The notes beneath the pieces are model-generated. The model was not told where the DNA came from. It saw only the letters and a program-made list of their open reading frames with translations, and did not search any database. From the NCBI GenBank assembly GCA_047967505.1, contig CM106538.1: DNA of 64,000 nt, one strand, 5' to 3'. The translations under genes were made by a program, and so were the position numbers. Origin of the DNA: Dipteris shenzhenensis. Taxonomy: Eukaryota. Of this stretch, positions 1 to 14,630 are shown piece by piece. The number at the start of each line of letters is the position of its first letter. The first letter of the stretch is position 1.

Positions 1-916
1 CTAAAGTGTCAAACTTGAGGTTCTTTCTTTGCTTTAGTTGCTAGCATGTCTGCATCAGGTTCCTATATATCAGTATTTACATCTCTGTTAGCAACATCTT
101 TGATAACTGCATCTACATCTACAATCTCCACTTCTTTACCTGCTCTTCTATTTGTATCCTACACATCAAACAAAGAAATCAAAAAATCAAGGTTAATTTG
201 AGGATCTGCTGCCTCCTTAGCTTTTCTTGAATGTACTTCCTTTGCCTCCTCTAATTGAGATTTGAGTTTTTCATTCTCTGCCATGACCACTTCTACTATG
301 TAGGTGTTAGATATGCTCAATGCCCCACCCTCCTAGTAACCATGAGTGGTCCAAGGTGCTCAAGTTGTAAGGCCCCCATATGACGAGAAGCCGTGTGTGA
401 GCTCGGGAAACTGGATGGATCCTGACTTGCATGTCAGATGAGGTCTACCAATGAGGCCATTGATGGTAGAAAGGTGATCTATGTGAGTCTAGCCCATGGG
501 CTAGGTAGGGTAGGTAAGCTGGTAGCACAACGAGGCACATTGTCTTGATTGTGTGGGAGCTCCTTGCTCTCGCTGGGGTCTGGGGGCTAATTGGCCCCCC
601 TGGTGGGGGTTCGAGGCCAGGAGACCCTGAGGTGAAGGTATAGGGAATATTTCCAGAATATTCCATGGACGACGAGTCGGCTCCACCAACTAGGTTGACT
701 GGTCGGTTCCATCGACTACGTTGATCCGACTACCATAAGATCAGATCAGATCTTCCAGCTAGTAGCTCTTCACCTAGTATCTGTCTAGATCGCCATCTAA
801 GCTCCATTGTGGGAGCACACGGGTGGACAGAGACATCATCTGTACTACATCAGTATTGAAGGAAAAGTTTGTTTCTCTCTAGTTTGCTATGTAGAGGTTT
901 CACTGCGCCATGTAAT

Positions 917-2610
917 TTAACAATAGGCAATTGAGGAAAAAGCCTCAGATGGCCTTTGAGCCACTACCATCAATCTGCTCTTCACATTGGTCCACAAGGC
1001 TTGTGATGTTTCTATCAGCTGGGTCTTTAGTCCACCAATTTTTGGCCCTGTCATAAACACTTGATCTGCGATAGCTTTGAGTTGGATCTCTACACCCTCC
1101 AATGCTTTAATTTTTTCTTTAGCAATCACTGTATGAACCTGTAACTTCACATAATCTTTAGATACTCTTTGCAACTGAGTAAAAAATGCATCTTTCATTT
1201 CATTAAGCCATTTTTGCACTATTGATAAACACTCCTTCTACATTGTCAACTATTTAGTGAATTGCTGGATCTCCTCCTCTTTCTAAATTTTATACTTCTC
1301 AAACTCATTTTGCAGACTCAACGACTATCTCTTTAACTTCTTCATCAGCTTTCCTTCTTGCTGGTTGACATCAATCTTTCTTTGTAATTCCTACTTATCC
1401 TTCTTCAAAGCTTGAATTTGGCATTTGCAAATCACTTTGCTGCTCATGGAAATATTTCAATACCCTCATGGCATAATCCACCTCTTTCATAGATACTTTC
1501 CTTGACAACCCTACTCTAGAAGTTGATGTCTGTGCCGTGCTTTGTTATATTCTTGGTTCAGACCACAAGGAAGCTGCTATCAAATTGCTCCTTAAGATTG
1601 GTTGACATGGAGCTTAATTTTCCTTTCTTTATGGGTCTCCTACATATTCTTCAAAGGATCACTACCTCCAATTGGTACATCCCACAGACTTTGCGCCAAG
1701 CTTTTCCCAAAAAACCATCCTGTGCGCTTCTTCAGTGCTATACTTGGCCTTTTTCAACTCCTCAACTACTTTCCACTTCTCCTCATCTGTGGATGTCTTT
1801 GCCGTATGCGGATCTCTTCTTGCTTTAGTTATGGTTTCTTCGTTAGTACTTGGAATCTCCCTTATAATCATTGAAGATACCTCTTCCCATATTGAAATAA
1901 TGCTGTAATAAATGGACCAACTTTGGAATGATTATTGGTACCTGTTAAAGTTTTCTTACCAACCTTTGCCATCAGCCTATTATAAATTATGTCGGCCCAC
2001 AAAATGTAGCCCTTCTCAGCTACTCTCAATACTGAATAACTTTCCCTTGACATTGTATTGGTCTTGATAAGCAATTGGACCCTCTCCAGGTACCACTCTA
2101 GCTACTATCTTCTCATAGAATCTTGAACTATATACATCAAAAAATAATTTTTTGTTGTCTGGTTGATCAAAATCCCAAAGCATGTATGCTTCGACATCTT
2201 TATCATAAGATATCTCCTCTTGAATCAATGGTACCCAAAATACTTGAGATATAACTCCTTGGTCTGCCACCATACTTGGAGCTAAGAGTCCTCCCGCCCA
2301 CTGAAATTCCTCATATTGAGTTATTGCCTCAAGTTGCACCTTCAAGATATTCCAAGGTAGACTAGCGTAGTCCATCAGGCCGACCTCCCTGAACCAATTT
2401 GCATGCCGCTTCAGGTCCACCGAAATTTGGAAATTTTTGAATGTACCTTTCCCAAAAGGTTTCTTCATCGGCAGAGAAGTAGTTTCTTCGAGAGAATTAT
2501 CCTCTTTTTATTTGACAGTCATCTCCATCTCTAGCTATGGTTCAACCACCTCCTTGACTCATGGACTCTTGCGCGTTGGCTGTAGCACACGCTTCTTTCC
2601 CATGTTTTCT
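917..2610 (-). pseudogene. Disrupted extra ORF downstream of the gypsy integrase (unknown, partly coiled-coil protein)
   Basis: Adjacent minus-strand ORF pieces 2016-2468, 1868-2074, 1662-1871 and 917-1219 lie on the same strand as pol. They are K/E-rich, and similar sequence continues at 1-300. Membership of the gypsy element is inferred from position. Confidence 0.55.
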
Positions 2611-3243
2611 TTAGTCTTAGCAACCTTGCTCCAACAAGTATAGATCATCGTATTCTACTCTAATGACCTCTGATATAGCAATCGAAGATCTGCATGAGTG
2701 ATATGTGCATGTGAGAATAGAACCAAACTACTATCCATACAACTAGCACAGCTCACAAAACTCCTAATGACCATGAGCCATTGTACTTTGACAAGTCGAG
2801 TGAACTCAGAGCTCTCCCCCACACAAGTCTCAGAATGCATGCACCATTGTACTATATCATGATGCCAAAGTCGGTGATCATGTTGTGGAATGATTGTGCT
2901 CCCTTATCAGCTTCTTAATCTTTGAAAAACATCATCTCCAGATGAGCCTACCGTATGGCCACTTCCTTCACTCATGCCAAATATCACCTCCACGTGCAGT
3001 CGTACAATGCTTGTTATGACATTACTCAGACATGGAACAACTTCAAGATCGTATTTGATTCAAACCTTTGTCGGATCATTTGTAGGTCGGACAGATGTCA
3101 GACCAGCTTTGTGTCAGACCAAGATTAGAGATCAGCTATGTTTCAAAAGTTGGTCGGAACCCGAACTGGTCGGAATAGAGTCAGACTTTCACCAAGTCAG
3201 GACCCTGGTCAACAAACTACACCATCACCTGTATGGCCTTCAA

Positions 3244-6200
3244 TCATTTGATTAATTCTCCAGTAACATTGCCACAACGTCCATATGCATAAATAAAACA
3301 ATTTTGAGATTCCTCCATGTCGACAACCAAGTAAGTCGAATCTGTGAAACTTGCCAGAACTGTATTATCTGTGAAACTTGTAGTCGGATTTGTGAAACTT
3401 GCCAGAACTGTATTATCTGCATCACCCCCAACTATAGTTTCATCTTCATCATTATTGTATTTTCCACTTGATAAATGCAAATCATTACTCCAATCATTAC
3501 TCCCCCATGCGTGTATTTTCACATACTCTGGCTCCAACCACCTTCTTCTTGGTTGAGTTGGATCATTATGAAAATATGGTTTAAGCCTAAAATCATTGAT
3601 TGGCTTAGGGAAAGTATTACTATGCAAATCACTCATTAGAAATGTTTGCTGACTGAGCACTTCCATAATTCTATAAGGTCCATCATATCTCAATCTCAAT
3701 TTTCCTAGATGAGGTCCAAGCTTGGAATTGTACATCAACACCAAATCACCTCTTTTGAACAATTTGAATTTTATATTCCTATTAATCCAAGCTTGTCTTC
3801 TTCTCTAAATGATCTTAGAAATACCTGAATTGATAATCCGATCCTCATCCAAATTCAACAATTGTTGAGTTTTGAAATTTATGGATTCTTCAAGAAATAA
3901 TTTATGTTCTGCAACAATTCTCAAGCTCCCCACAATAAACTCCATTAGGACAACTGCCTCTATGCCATACACCAATCTGAAAGGATTCATACCTATTGTT
4001 ACCTTGAAAGCTATTCTAAAAACCCACAGAATTGAATCGTACTTTTGATCCTAGCCCTTAGGATTATCCTCAACTGTCCTTCTAATAATCTTCATAATTA
4101 TTTTATTGGAGCTTTGAGCCTATCCATTACCCTGTGGATAATATGCTATAGACTTCTTATGCAACATCATGTGAGTCTCGGTTAGATTTGTAATGACAGT
4201 ATTGATAACATGAGTACCCCTATCAAAAACTATCTCAATTGGTGTTGATAAAATGACAGTATTGATAAAATGAGTACCCCTATCAAAACACTATCTCAAT
4301 TGGTATTCCAAACCTTGTCATGATATTATGATACAGGAAATTTGCAAGACTTCTTCCCTTATTATCTATCAAAGCCACTGCTTCAACTCACTTAGTACAA
4401 TAATCAGTAGCAACAAGTATGTACTTATTATCTATGTACCTGGCTGTTGGCTTGATTGGACCAATAAAATAGAAGCCCCATTTTTGAAAAGGTTTAAGTG
4501 GAATAGGTTGATGAGTGATCCTCTTTTTTGGTGAATGTTTCCCATCTCTCTAACATGCTAAACACTCCTTTCCATGTTGATGGGAATCTTTGAATACTGT
4601 TGGCCACTACAAGCCTGCTTGCATACTCTTTCTGCCTATGACCTCCCCTAAGAAATGCCCTCCAGCATTTCCAACATGTGTTTCTGTCAACACTTCATGC
4701 TGCTCATGAACTAGCATACATCTTCTAATCACTTGATCAATGCCTCTCTTATAAAGTACAGTAGCAATAACCAAATAAGGCTTACTTTGTAGCACCATTT
4801 TCTTTTTCTGATCCCTTGACAAAGAATCAAGAATTAGTCCATCAGTAAAGAAAAACAACATCCGATCATACCAATCTTTTGGATCATCCATTTGGATCGC
4901 GAACAAGTCTGCACATCTAGTAGTTGATTTGGCACTCTAATAGGAACTTCTCTTGTGATAAGTCTACTCAAGTAATCAGCAGCAATTGCATACCATCGTC
5001 CTGGTGTATGAATTATTTGATAATCAAATTCTTACAACAACAACATTCTTCTAGTTAGTTGTGGTTTAGTTATTACCAAATAGATCAAAGCGTGGTGTGG
5101 TCAACATGGAATACAAACTTATTACCAAGTAGGTAATGTCTGAATATTATGTAAAGCATATACCATTCCCAAAGCTTCTCTTTTAGCGAGTGCATAATTC
5201 TTTTCAGGCTTTATCAATACTCTGCTAGCATAGTACACACATTGGAACCACTTTTTATGCTTGTTTTGCATCAAGATTGCTCCAACTGCCACATATGAAG
5301 CATCTACAAACACATGAAAGGGTAATTCCCAATCTAGAGGTTGTAGGATAGGGGCTACTACCAACATCTTCTTTAAAATATCAAATGCTTGCTTGCTGCT
5401 CCAATCCCCATACACATTTTTCTCCCTCTCTTGTCAATTTAGTGAGGGGCATACACACATGTGAGAGATACCTCAGAAACAGTGCTATGCCAATTGATTT
5501 GGCCAATAAACCTAAACAATGATTTTACATTCTTTGGAAACAAAGATTTTGGAATGATAGATACCTTTCTTGGATCAATAGCCATTCCATCTTCAAATAT
5601 AATGTGCCCCAATAACACACCTCTTTCCATAACAAAAGCACATTTGCTTGGATTTAAGCTCAATCGAGCCATCCGGCATTTCTTAAAACATAATCTAAGA
5701 TGATCTAAATGGTATGATGTCTTACCAAATACTGTGAAGTCATCCAAGAATACTCTCATGAAGGAGGTAAGGTATTCTGCAAACACCTCTTGTATCCCCT
5801 TTTGAAAAGTTGGTGGAGCATTCTTCAAACCAAAAGTCACTACATTGCTTGCAAATACTCCCCATTCAGTTACAAATGCAGTTTTGTCTTTGTCCTCCTA
5901 AGCCATCCTTATTTCATTGTAACCACTGAATCCATCCAAAAATCTATCAAACTCATGGCCTGCCACAACGTCCAACATGGTATCACAAAAAGGTAAAGGG
6001 AATGGATCAGTAATAGTTGCTGCATTCAGCTTTCTATAATCCACACATATTCCTAGCTTGCCATTCTTTTTTGGAACTATGAATCCCTTCATATTTGTAT
6101 AATGCCATGCAAAAATGTCCTTGAACTCCAGCAATAGCTCCCTCAATTTCCCTTTGAAAGGTTCCTTCAATTTAGTCCTGACACAAACCATCTTTGGATC

Positions 6201-9100
6201 ATCCTTGTCACCAAGATTCATGTCTTCAACTCATCTTCTTTCACCCTAGCACTCTTGCTCATATGTTCTTCAAAGGATTTCTCTACTTGGCTTACTACTT
6301 GAATATGAGTTTTCAGACCCCCCTCTAATGTTTCTTCATTAGAATTAGTCATTTGACTTCTTTTTAGCCACATCCGCTTTTTGGCTTATTGGACTGCATA
6401 GTCGGAACTATGTTAGAATTAGTCTTCTTATCATTTGTGTAATTCTATAGAATGCCTACCACATCTACTTCAAGAAATGGTACTAATTATAAAGGATTTC
6501 TTCTTAGAAAATAATCCTCTTCATCCTCTTCCAACTCTACCACCAGATTAACTCCCTCTACCTCTATGGGTTGCATATACCTAGGAAGAGTTCTCTTTAG
6601 GGATAGACTTATCTTGTACTCTTTCTTTCCCTTCCTAATAGGATTCTTTTCAGCTCCCCAATCCTGCTTAGTTCTTGCAGCACGAAGCCAAGGTCTCCCT
6701 AGTAGCATATAGTAAGAACTTTCTTTTTCCTCCATTCTTAGTACCACCAAACTTATTGTAAATGTTAGTCCCCATATACGAATTTGCTGACGTCTCACTA
6801 TACCCAATGGTTGGATTCTCCTTTGATTAGCCATTTTGACCTGAAAAGTTGTTGGAACCAATATATTCTCACAAAAGTGCTTATACAACTCTTCTAAAAG
6901 TATGTTAAGTAGATCCCCCATCAATAAGTACTTTTGGAATAATTTGTCTGATGTACTCCACACCTACTATAGGCGCTTTATAATCAACATCCTCCACCAC
7001 ATAGGTATAGGTTTCCACATATTCTTCATCTTCCATTCTTACTCCCACTTCAGCTATAGAGGGTTGCTCCTTGTGAAAATTCTGGCACAGCTGTTCTTTA
7101 AAAGTAGGTATTAGGTTAAGCAATTGGTCAAGTGTCATGTGGATCTTTGACTACAACAATTCTATGAAAAACCCCTCTTGTCCTCCTTTACTTTTAGGCT
7201 TCACTCTAGGTTCTTGTGCTTCATCTTTGATCAGCAAACTCTACTCCCTTTTAGGTGCTTCACTTTCTTCTTCCTTAGCTTTAGATTTCTCTTTATTGCT
7301 TCTGACTGTTTTTAGGTTCCTGTCCGGTCCAATCTGGTTGTATGTCAAAGTCTCTTTCATTATTGTGTCACTTTGGGAAAATCTTCCTGAGACTTTACTT
7401 CTTGTTGCTTTGTTTTCTTTATCTCTTCTATTATGGCATGACTCTCAGCAGCATCATTATCCTCCTTCATTCGACCTGCATATGACTGTTGTCGGGTTGT
7501 ACTCTGGATGTTCTCCATTGATGGTTGGAAGTGAGTTGGATCATTGTTTCCTTTACTCAGCTCCTCTTTTACATCTCTCTTCACTTCATTTCTTTGTATA
7601 TAGCCTTCAAGGCTGACTTCTTGCTATTCCTCCCAATCTACCGATTGTTTAGGATCAAAAGCCAACGGATGTTTTGTTTGCATTTGAGCCTTAGCTCCCA
7701 CTCTTGTGATCACTACAGCATCGGTATTCGGCTAAACCATGGACAACTCAGCTTCCTTATGACACTGTAAACAATCATACTCAACTTTAGGATACTAAAT
7801 ATCATGTTTGCTATGAACCTTTGTAATTGTCCTTATAATCTCCTACTGGAAGATCTCTTTGGATTCTTCCACAATTTTCTCAAGAATGGCAACATTCACA
7901 CCTGCTGGTGGTTGTGGTGTGGGGTTTGCATTAAGTCTAGGGGTGAAATTCACAATGGGAATGCCTCTTTCATTTCTATGTTTACACCATAGTTCACGCT
8001 GAGGGCCTTGGCAATGTCCATCCTCAAGCCCACAATAAGTGAATGCTTGACTATTTTGTCTTTGTTGTTGAGTATTCTAGTTATGATTCTGTTGTCTTCT
8101 AGGTGCTGTATTATTATATCTCTTGGCTTAGCTTGTGCTCCCACTTGATTAACAACCGCTACCTAGGCAGCTTGCCCTATTGGCTTCATATGAGGAGGCA
8201 ACCTCCCCCTATAGTTTGGATTATACCAACAATTTTCTTTATCATGATTATCTTTTCCACAATACCCATATGGTATCCTCTCTTTCTTTGATTCTACTCC
8301 CATACTCTTCAGTTGTTCCTTGATTATCTTCTCAAGTTTAGAGTCTCCTTTCTTCTTTTTTCTTGGTTTTAGTTTAGACTTTGCTTTATACTTCTTGTCT
8401 CTTTATTTTTTCTTCCTCTTTTTTCCTTCTCCTTCCTCATCCAAATCATCGGAACTATCATCTTCTGAACTATCATTGTCCTCATCCTCTGAGTTGGAAT
8501 CCTCCTCTTCATCTGATTCTAAGTTAGACTCATTATTCTTTTTCTTCTTTATCTTCTTTTCTTTGCTCTTTGAAATACCAGGTCTTCTTTCTGCCCTTTG
8601 GGCATCTTTTAATTAGATTATTAAAATCATTTGTTCTAGAAAGTTGGTCACGGCCTGCTACTACTGTGGTTCGCAACTCCTTGTTGAGCCCTTTGCAAAA
8701 AAAGTCTCCCAACTATTCTTCTGAAGGCCTTTGTGGTGCTGCAAGCCTTTGATACAAGTTTCAAAATTTTTGTGCATAATCCTCCACTAACAAGTCTTTT
8801 TGCTTCATGTTGTGAAGCCTTTGTCTCCGGGCCTTTTTCCTTCCAAAATCTTTCCAAGAAAGATCCCTTCAAATCATCATATGTAGCAAAGTTGGTAGCC
8901 CATGCTACATGAACCAACTCATTGATGTCCCTTCCATTGTGGCTGCAAACTGCTCCTTCTTTACTGCATCTGCTAAGCCTCGTAATCCATCAGGTCTCGA
9001 ATTGCTGCCCTATATGACTGTCAGGGTCTTGTCCTTTTTCCCCTTTGAACTTTGTGGCTTTCACTAGTGGATTTGGCTTTGCCATGATGACAGGTGGTAG
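3244..9100 (-). mobile_element. Degenerate Ty3/gypsy LTR retrotransposon gag-pol (gag-PR-RT-RNaseH-INT order), many stops and frameshifts
   Basis: Minus-strand remnants in gypsy order: gag FKGEKGQDPDSH (~9040); protease VLIDGGST and LLGRPWL (6487-7138); RT ICVDYRKLN, FGLKNAPPTFQ and VFLDDF (5439-6221); RNaseH FHVFVDAS and EKNY...REALGMVYAL (5122-5415); integrase H..GHF, PFRLVYG and GDLVL...YDGPY (3244-4906). LTRs were not identified. Confidence 0.93.
4193..4303. repeat. Local ~50-bp direct duplication inside the gypsy integrase
   Basis: atgacagtattgataa.atgagtacccctatcaaaa..ctatctcaattggt occurs twice, 60 bp apart. Confidence 0.85.
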
Positions 9101-10289
9101 AGCAGGTTGTCTCCTTCTTGGTTGAGGTGGCAATGGATTGCAAAAGCTTCTTTGAGTTGCAACACAAACTCTTTCCTGCTGCTAAATAAGATCCATAGAT
9201 AGTTCTAATGAAAGCTTCGAATGGTGAAGCCAGGGTCAGTTTCTTCCTCCACTTCTAAATACTCCAAAGTGTGAGTAGAATCCATAGAAGATTTTTCTCT
9301 ACTCGGCACATAGTCGACATTTGCACTGCTTTCTCCATCTGCTATTGTTGGAGATCAGTTGGACTCGAGGCTTCAGACCTAGTTGTCACCCTGGTAAAAT
9401 AGGCATGGTAGGAATCTCTTGTTCTCTTGTGTTTGACATTCGCTACCCGATCCTCCATGAAGGCAATGATCACCCATAGTCAGAATTTGATCGGATCTTT
9501 TTTTATCTTCTTTTGCTCTACTATCTTTCACACTAATTGCTTGCAGATCTCTCCCATCTTCCATCAATTCCCTTCTAGGATGGAAGCAACCTCTTCATTG
9601 TTTATTTGTGCCCAGCTGCGTCTTTCCTTCATTGTCGTTCTCCTTTGCCAATTTCATCAAAATCTTCATCAATACTCAATTTGCTCCTGCCGCTTGCCCA
9701 TTCCCTTGTGGGATGCAAGCCTGCATCTGCTTTGTCTTGCTCTCTCTCTTCATCGCCTTACTGCTTCTTTCACACATCTTCCTAGCACTTTCCAATATGC
9801 GGCATCAACCTTCATTGATCCTTTCCATTTCAAAGACTATTTTGGACTCAAACCAACTGCTGGATTACCAAATGTGTTTAAGGTGGTTATACCCAGAGCA
9901 CTTCTACATTAGAATTTAGACAAACATTTCCCATCAAGTATTTAGGCACAGAGTCGAAACTATATTAGACAAAAGTCAAAATAGATAATTATTCAATAGC
10001 GCATTGGAAATAGTAGATACAGATCAAAAAGTGTCTCCTTATATTCATCATTATCGGATCATAGAAAAATATTAGTATAGAACTAATAAACAAAGCATCA
10101 TTGCAATCTGATCAATCTTTGAATCTCGTCAGACTACTGAGACTCATAAGTACGAGCATAAAAGTTACATGCAAATAACTGAATAACTATTTTAGTACGC
10201 TGACTATGACACCTAACACCTACTACGAGTACTACGTAGGACTAGAGCTAGTTATAGTTGCCTAGCTAACCCCTAACACCTTACAAGTC

Positions 10290-10660
10290 CTCATAGGTTT
10301 AGGTCTATTCCTTACATATCCTTATGAGGCCATGTAGGTCCTTACAAAAAATATGTAATTTTGTATGGGCTTTGTAGAGTCCTTCTAATGCCATATAGGT
10401 CCTTATCTATATAGCCATCAATCCTCTAGTAATTAAATATTCTTAATGGACTTAAAAGAGTCATACAGGTCCTAATATGTCTTTATAAGGCCATGTAAGT
10501 CCTTACACAAGACATGTACCATTGTGCAAGATCATGCAAATTCCTTATAAGACACATGCACTACTTCTCTATAAGGCCATGTACGTCCTTTTGTGAAATC
10601 CTAATTGATTAACATTATTATGTGGCCATGTAGTTCCTTACATAGCCATGTTAATGACTA
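10290..10660. repeat. Degenerate tandem repeats (ggccatgtaggtccttac-like), probably in the gypsy 5' leader
   Basis: Recurrent ggccatgta.gtcctt variants near 10328, 10390, 10490, 10575 and 10624. Confidence 0.6.
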
Positions 10661-12183
10661 AGCTACTAGCCAAAACTAATCTACTAAGTCACACAAGTTC
10701 TCAACCAACACACACACTAAAGAAAATACTAAAATTAAGTCTATACTATTTAATAAAATCTAAAACAAGTACTACAGAAATTTAAAAATATTTGAATACT
10801 TACTAAAATGAGATATGATCACACATCATTGAAAATTAAAATCTAAATCGAGCTTATTACAAACAAGAAAAAGAAGCACATACCTCTCTAGGGCTAATAG
10901 GAGATGAAGATGATAATGCATGATCAAAACGTCCATCTCCACTACTAAAAGGAGTCAATGATGGCACCTACGTGAGATTTTGAAGATAAATAAGTACTAC
11001 AAACCCAACTTGCAACTAGAAGGAAAAGAAATAAGAAAAGAGATATATATCATGTTGATGGGAGTTTTGGATCTCGAAGTACCACTCAACACATCGTGAA
11101 GGAACTTGACTACTCTGACATCCATTGTCTATGGGTTCCTAGCACCTATATAGAGGAGCCTGGTACAAATGGATTCCTCTCTCATAAGTGTAGCCCACTA
11201 GCATCATGTGAAACAACTGTAGGCTAGTCCAACATCCTCCCACACTTCTAGCTCCACCACTAGGTTGCATGCTAGTATAATCCAAACAAATGCAAGCAAA
11301 AAGATAACAGGATTTAATGACTATTAGGCATTCTTCCATGGTAAGTACCACATTTCAACAATAGATATGTGATGCTACCAATGGGCGAGAGAACCTAGAC
11401 ATCATCAAGAGTTCTTTCCTCGCTCTCTATTGCAATTGTTGTCAAAGAACATGTCTAAGACAACATCCTTAATCCTAGGAAAATTCCTCACATCATCATA
11501 TGAAAGTCCCTTGGATATAAGAGCAAGGCTCTAGGTAGCTAACTAGTCCTTCACGGGCAGCTATGCTACCTAAAGTATATAAGGAAACCAACATGGGCTC
11601 TAGGTCACTAAAAATATGGAAGAAAAATGGGACATCTATCACCAATACTAGATACCTAATCGATTGAGGGCTCTATGAGATCTGAAAGGGGTACTCCTCC
11701 ATCCATGGTGGAAGGGAGAAAGAAAAATAGGGGTAGAAAAATGAGAGAAGGGACGAAAATATAAAGAATGGGGGAAAAGGGGGGATGAGAAAAAGAGAGG
11801 AGAGAGTATAGGAGGGGAAGGGGAAGAAGAATGACAAAAGGGGATCTGTGAAAGCATGCTACAGTGTGTAAAAAAGTACTCTTTTTGGCAAAGGTTCTAG
11901 CATAGATATAGTACTAAATTGTGTACTAAAAGGCATTGATAGTTGGATTAGATTTCCACATATCGAGGAAACCATGATCTACAATCTGCAATCCACTCTC
12001 AATTGAGGATGATTTCCCCGCACATCAAGGAATCTACGATCTGCAATCTACTCTCAATTAACTCTCTTCTCTCTTGTGGAATCACTCGCACATGTTTGAA
12101 ACCATCGACACTCGACTCTCTTCTCTATCGTGGAGTCCTGTCCCTATAATTATCTCTGCTCATCTTCACTAGAGGTCCATTGC

Positions 12184-12340
12184 TCTCTCTCTCCCAGAGG
12201 TCCATTGCTCTCTCTCTCTCTCTCTGGCTCTCTCCATTCTCTGTGCAAACTGGCTCTCCCCTTGTCTCTCATTGAAGCCCTTGCACTTTGGACCGTATAT
12301 TCTCTCTGGCACAAAACCAATTATGTTTGAGTGATTCTAT

Positions 12341-12375
<35 letters not shown>

Positions 12376-12378
12376 GAG

Positions 12379-12409
<31 letters not shown>
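12184..12409. repeat. (CT)n microsatellites upstream of the transposase
   Basis: Interrupted CT runs at ~12184-12225 and ~12343-12409. Confidence 0.95.
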
Positions 12410-12410
<1 letters not shown>

Positions 12411-12502
12411 GGATGACTTTCTCGTACAGTAAGATTGAGCATGCATGTTTTGATGTATTGTCTTCTTGTGTCATTCATTAATTTATGATTTACCATTGAA
12501 AT

Positions 12503-14077
12503 ATGGTTGTGCATAGGATGGAGAATTCCACACTAGAAGTGCCACACCATGAAGGGAACTCACTCAATGCACTGCCACAACATTGCTCCGAAAGTAACAT
12601 GAGACACTTGACATTAACAGTTGTGCGACATTTCAAGCATACCATAAAGGACTTGGACTTGAGAACGAAGGCTGACATTTTGTCTAAGGTTATAAAACAT
12701 CAAGATATGCAAGAGATTGTTGATGAGACAAATTTGCAAAGCCAATTCATATCAATGGCAATAGTGGATAATCTAAAGACATCATTGAGTCTTATAGAAA
12801 AGAGTAGAAAGTGTTGATAAGTTAGCTACGAAGAGAGTAGCTCTCCACATGATTGCTAACACTTAAGCATTTAAAAAATATAGTGATAGCAAAGTAGCTA
12901 AAGCCCTTGGAATTCAAGCACGAAATCTGAAGAAACATTGCGTGGACATAAAACAAGCTTCCTTCAAATGGGTAGATGGAGGTCGAAAGCATAGACATGA
13001 TTCCTTAAGTTGTGAGGTTGTTCAATGTGTTGTCTAGTTCTGGAAAGACAACACCAGGGTTTCCCTAAACAAGAAGGATGTTTGCAGGCATAGGCTTGGC
13101 CCAAAAAAGCATGCAATACATCCCACCCATTTCTTGGAGCTCACAGAGGTGCATCTTCCTTCTTTCAACGAAGCCAAAGTTACATACTATTATTTGGTAC
13201 TCTTTACAACTATTTAGTACTGTCAAGGATAATATTAGTATTGTTCAAATGTTAAAGCTAACATTTAACACTGTACGAAAGCGGTCATGGCAAGGGAGAA
13301 CATGATTGGGATGGTATAGTCATAAAGCATGCACTAACCAGTGAGCAATTGGATGTAAAGGGTGCAAAGCTACAAAATGCACACGATGTTGTGGAATGGT
13401 TGGCATGGAAGATGGGAGATGATTCTAAACAAAGGCTCTTTGTAGAAGTAAAGGTTGGTGATGTTGACAGGTCTAAAGCATGGAACTGCCAGACCATCAA
13501 AGGAAGTCGTTCAACACACTGCATCTTGGGTTTTAGTAACAAAGATCCCACATAAGCCTTGTTTAGACATTTGCCATGCTTTTGTTCATTTTGCATGGAT
13601 TAAACGTGGGATAAGTGCACCAATTTATCTCATGCAAGTCCATGGACCTTGAACAGGCTAGAGCCCATCAATGGACAGACTGTAGCAAACATGGAGAAGG
13701 AATCCATAACATATGCGATGGATAGAGACCATTTGGCTGACATGCTTCAGATGGGTGACCATTTTGCAGTACTATGTTCCACAAAAAACAAAGATAATGA
13801 GGATTATTATGTGGTGTTGTGCTCAAAATAAAAAATAGTCTTCATAGAACAAGAGACGAATGGCTGGGGTAATGTCTTCAACATTGGGGATCAAGTGGTT
13901 TCTGGGATCTTTTATGCAAAAATCCCAAAATGCAAAAGCAGTTATGCATTACTAAAAGATGCACCTCCTGCTATAGTGCATGCTGATACGGTGTTGGCAA
14001 TAAAGTTCCAAATGTTGCAAGCAAAGCACAAGGTTAAAGGCCAGAGAACAGTGTTTCGTGTACCCCAAGAGGTGTAG
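12503..14077 (+). pseudogene. Disrupted DNA transposase, HGKG..D motif class (Sola2-like by recalled motif)
   Basis: In frame with ORF 13349 it reads YESGHGKGEHDWDGIVIKHAL (from 13274), TIKGSRSTHC and RHLPCFCSFC. The N-terminal part has FWKDNTRVSLNKKD. There are several stops, and the central catalytic region appears to be missing around 13150-13270. The superfamily call is from memory of motifs. Confidence 0.65.
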
Positions 14078-14488
14078 GAACAAATCTTGGCAAACATTTC
14101 TCTATAAGAACTGTTGCTGAGCATGTATTTTTGCAATGGCTCTTACATAGTTTTATGCACGTTTTGTATTTTTAGCTGCCCCTTTGGGGGTTACTTTTTG
14201 TAATACAAAGACATCTTGTTTCTCTTGGAGATGCTCTGCAATGAGGAGCTTTAATAGTGTTTAGTACTATTATTTTCAATTGTGTACTATTATATTATTA
14301 CTGTTTAGGTACTGCTGTCATATCATACTATTAGCCCTATTTTTTAGTGATTGTGTACTATTGTAGTAATTTTTGTAGTTCATATCAAGTTTGTTCTACT
14401 GTCATATCATACTACTTATTACTATTTGTTAAGTACTATTTAGTACTATGTACTACTATCTTAAGTAACTCATCTACTGCTGTTAATT

Positions 14489-14501
14489 GAGAGAGAGAGA
14501 G

Positions 14502-14536
<35 letters not shown>

Positions 14537-14630
14537 AATTGTACTACTATCATATCATACTACTTAGTACTATTTGGTTAGTATTATGTGATACTATGTA
14601 GTACTATCTTAAGTAGCACATCTGCTATCG

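Noticed and set aside
305-836. GC-richer block starting TGTTAG, possible solo LTR
   Set aside because: No matching TSD or second copy was found in the window, and the ends are uncertain.
12269-12514. ORF with an ERERER tract
   Set aside because: It is a translation of the CT/GA microsatellite.
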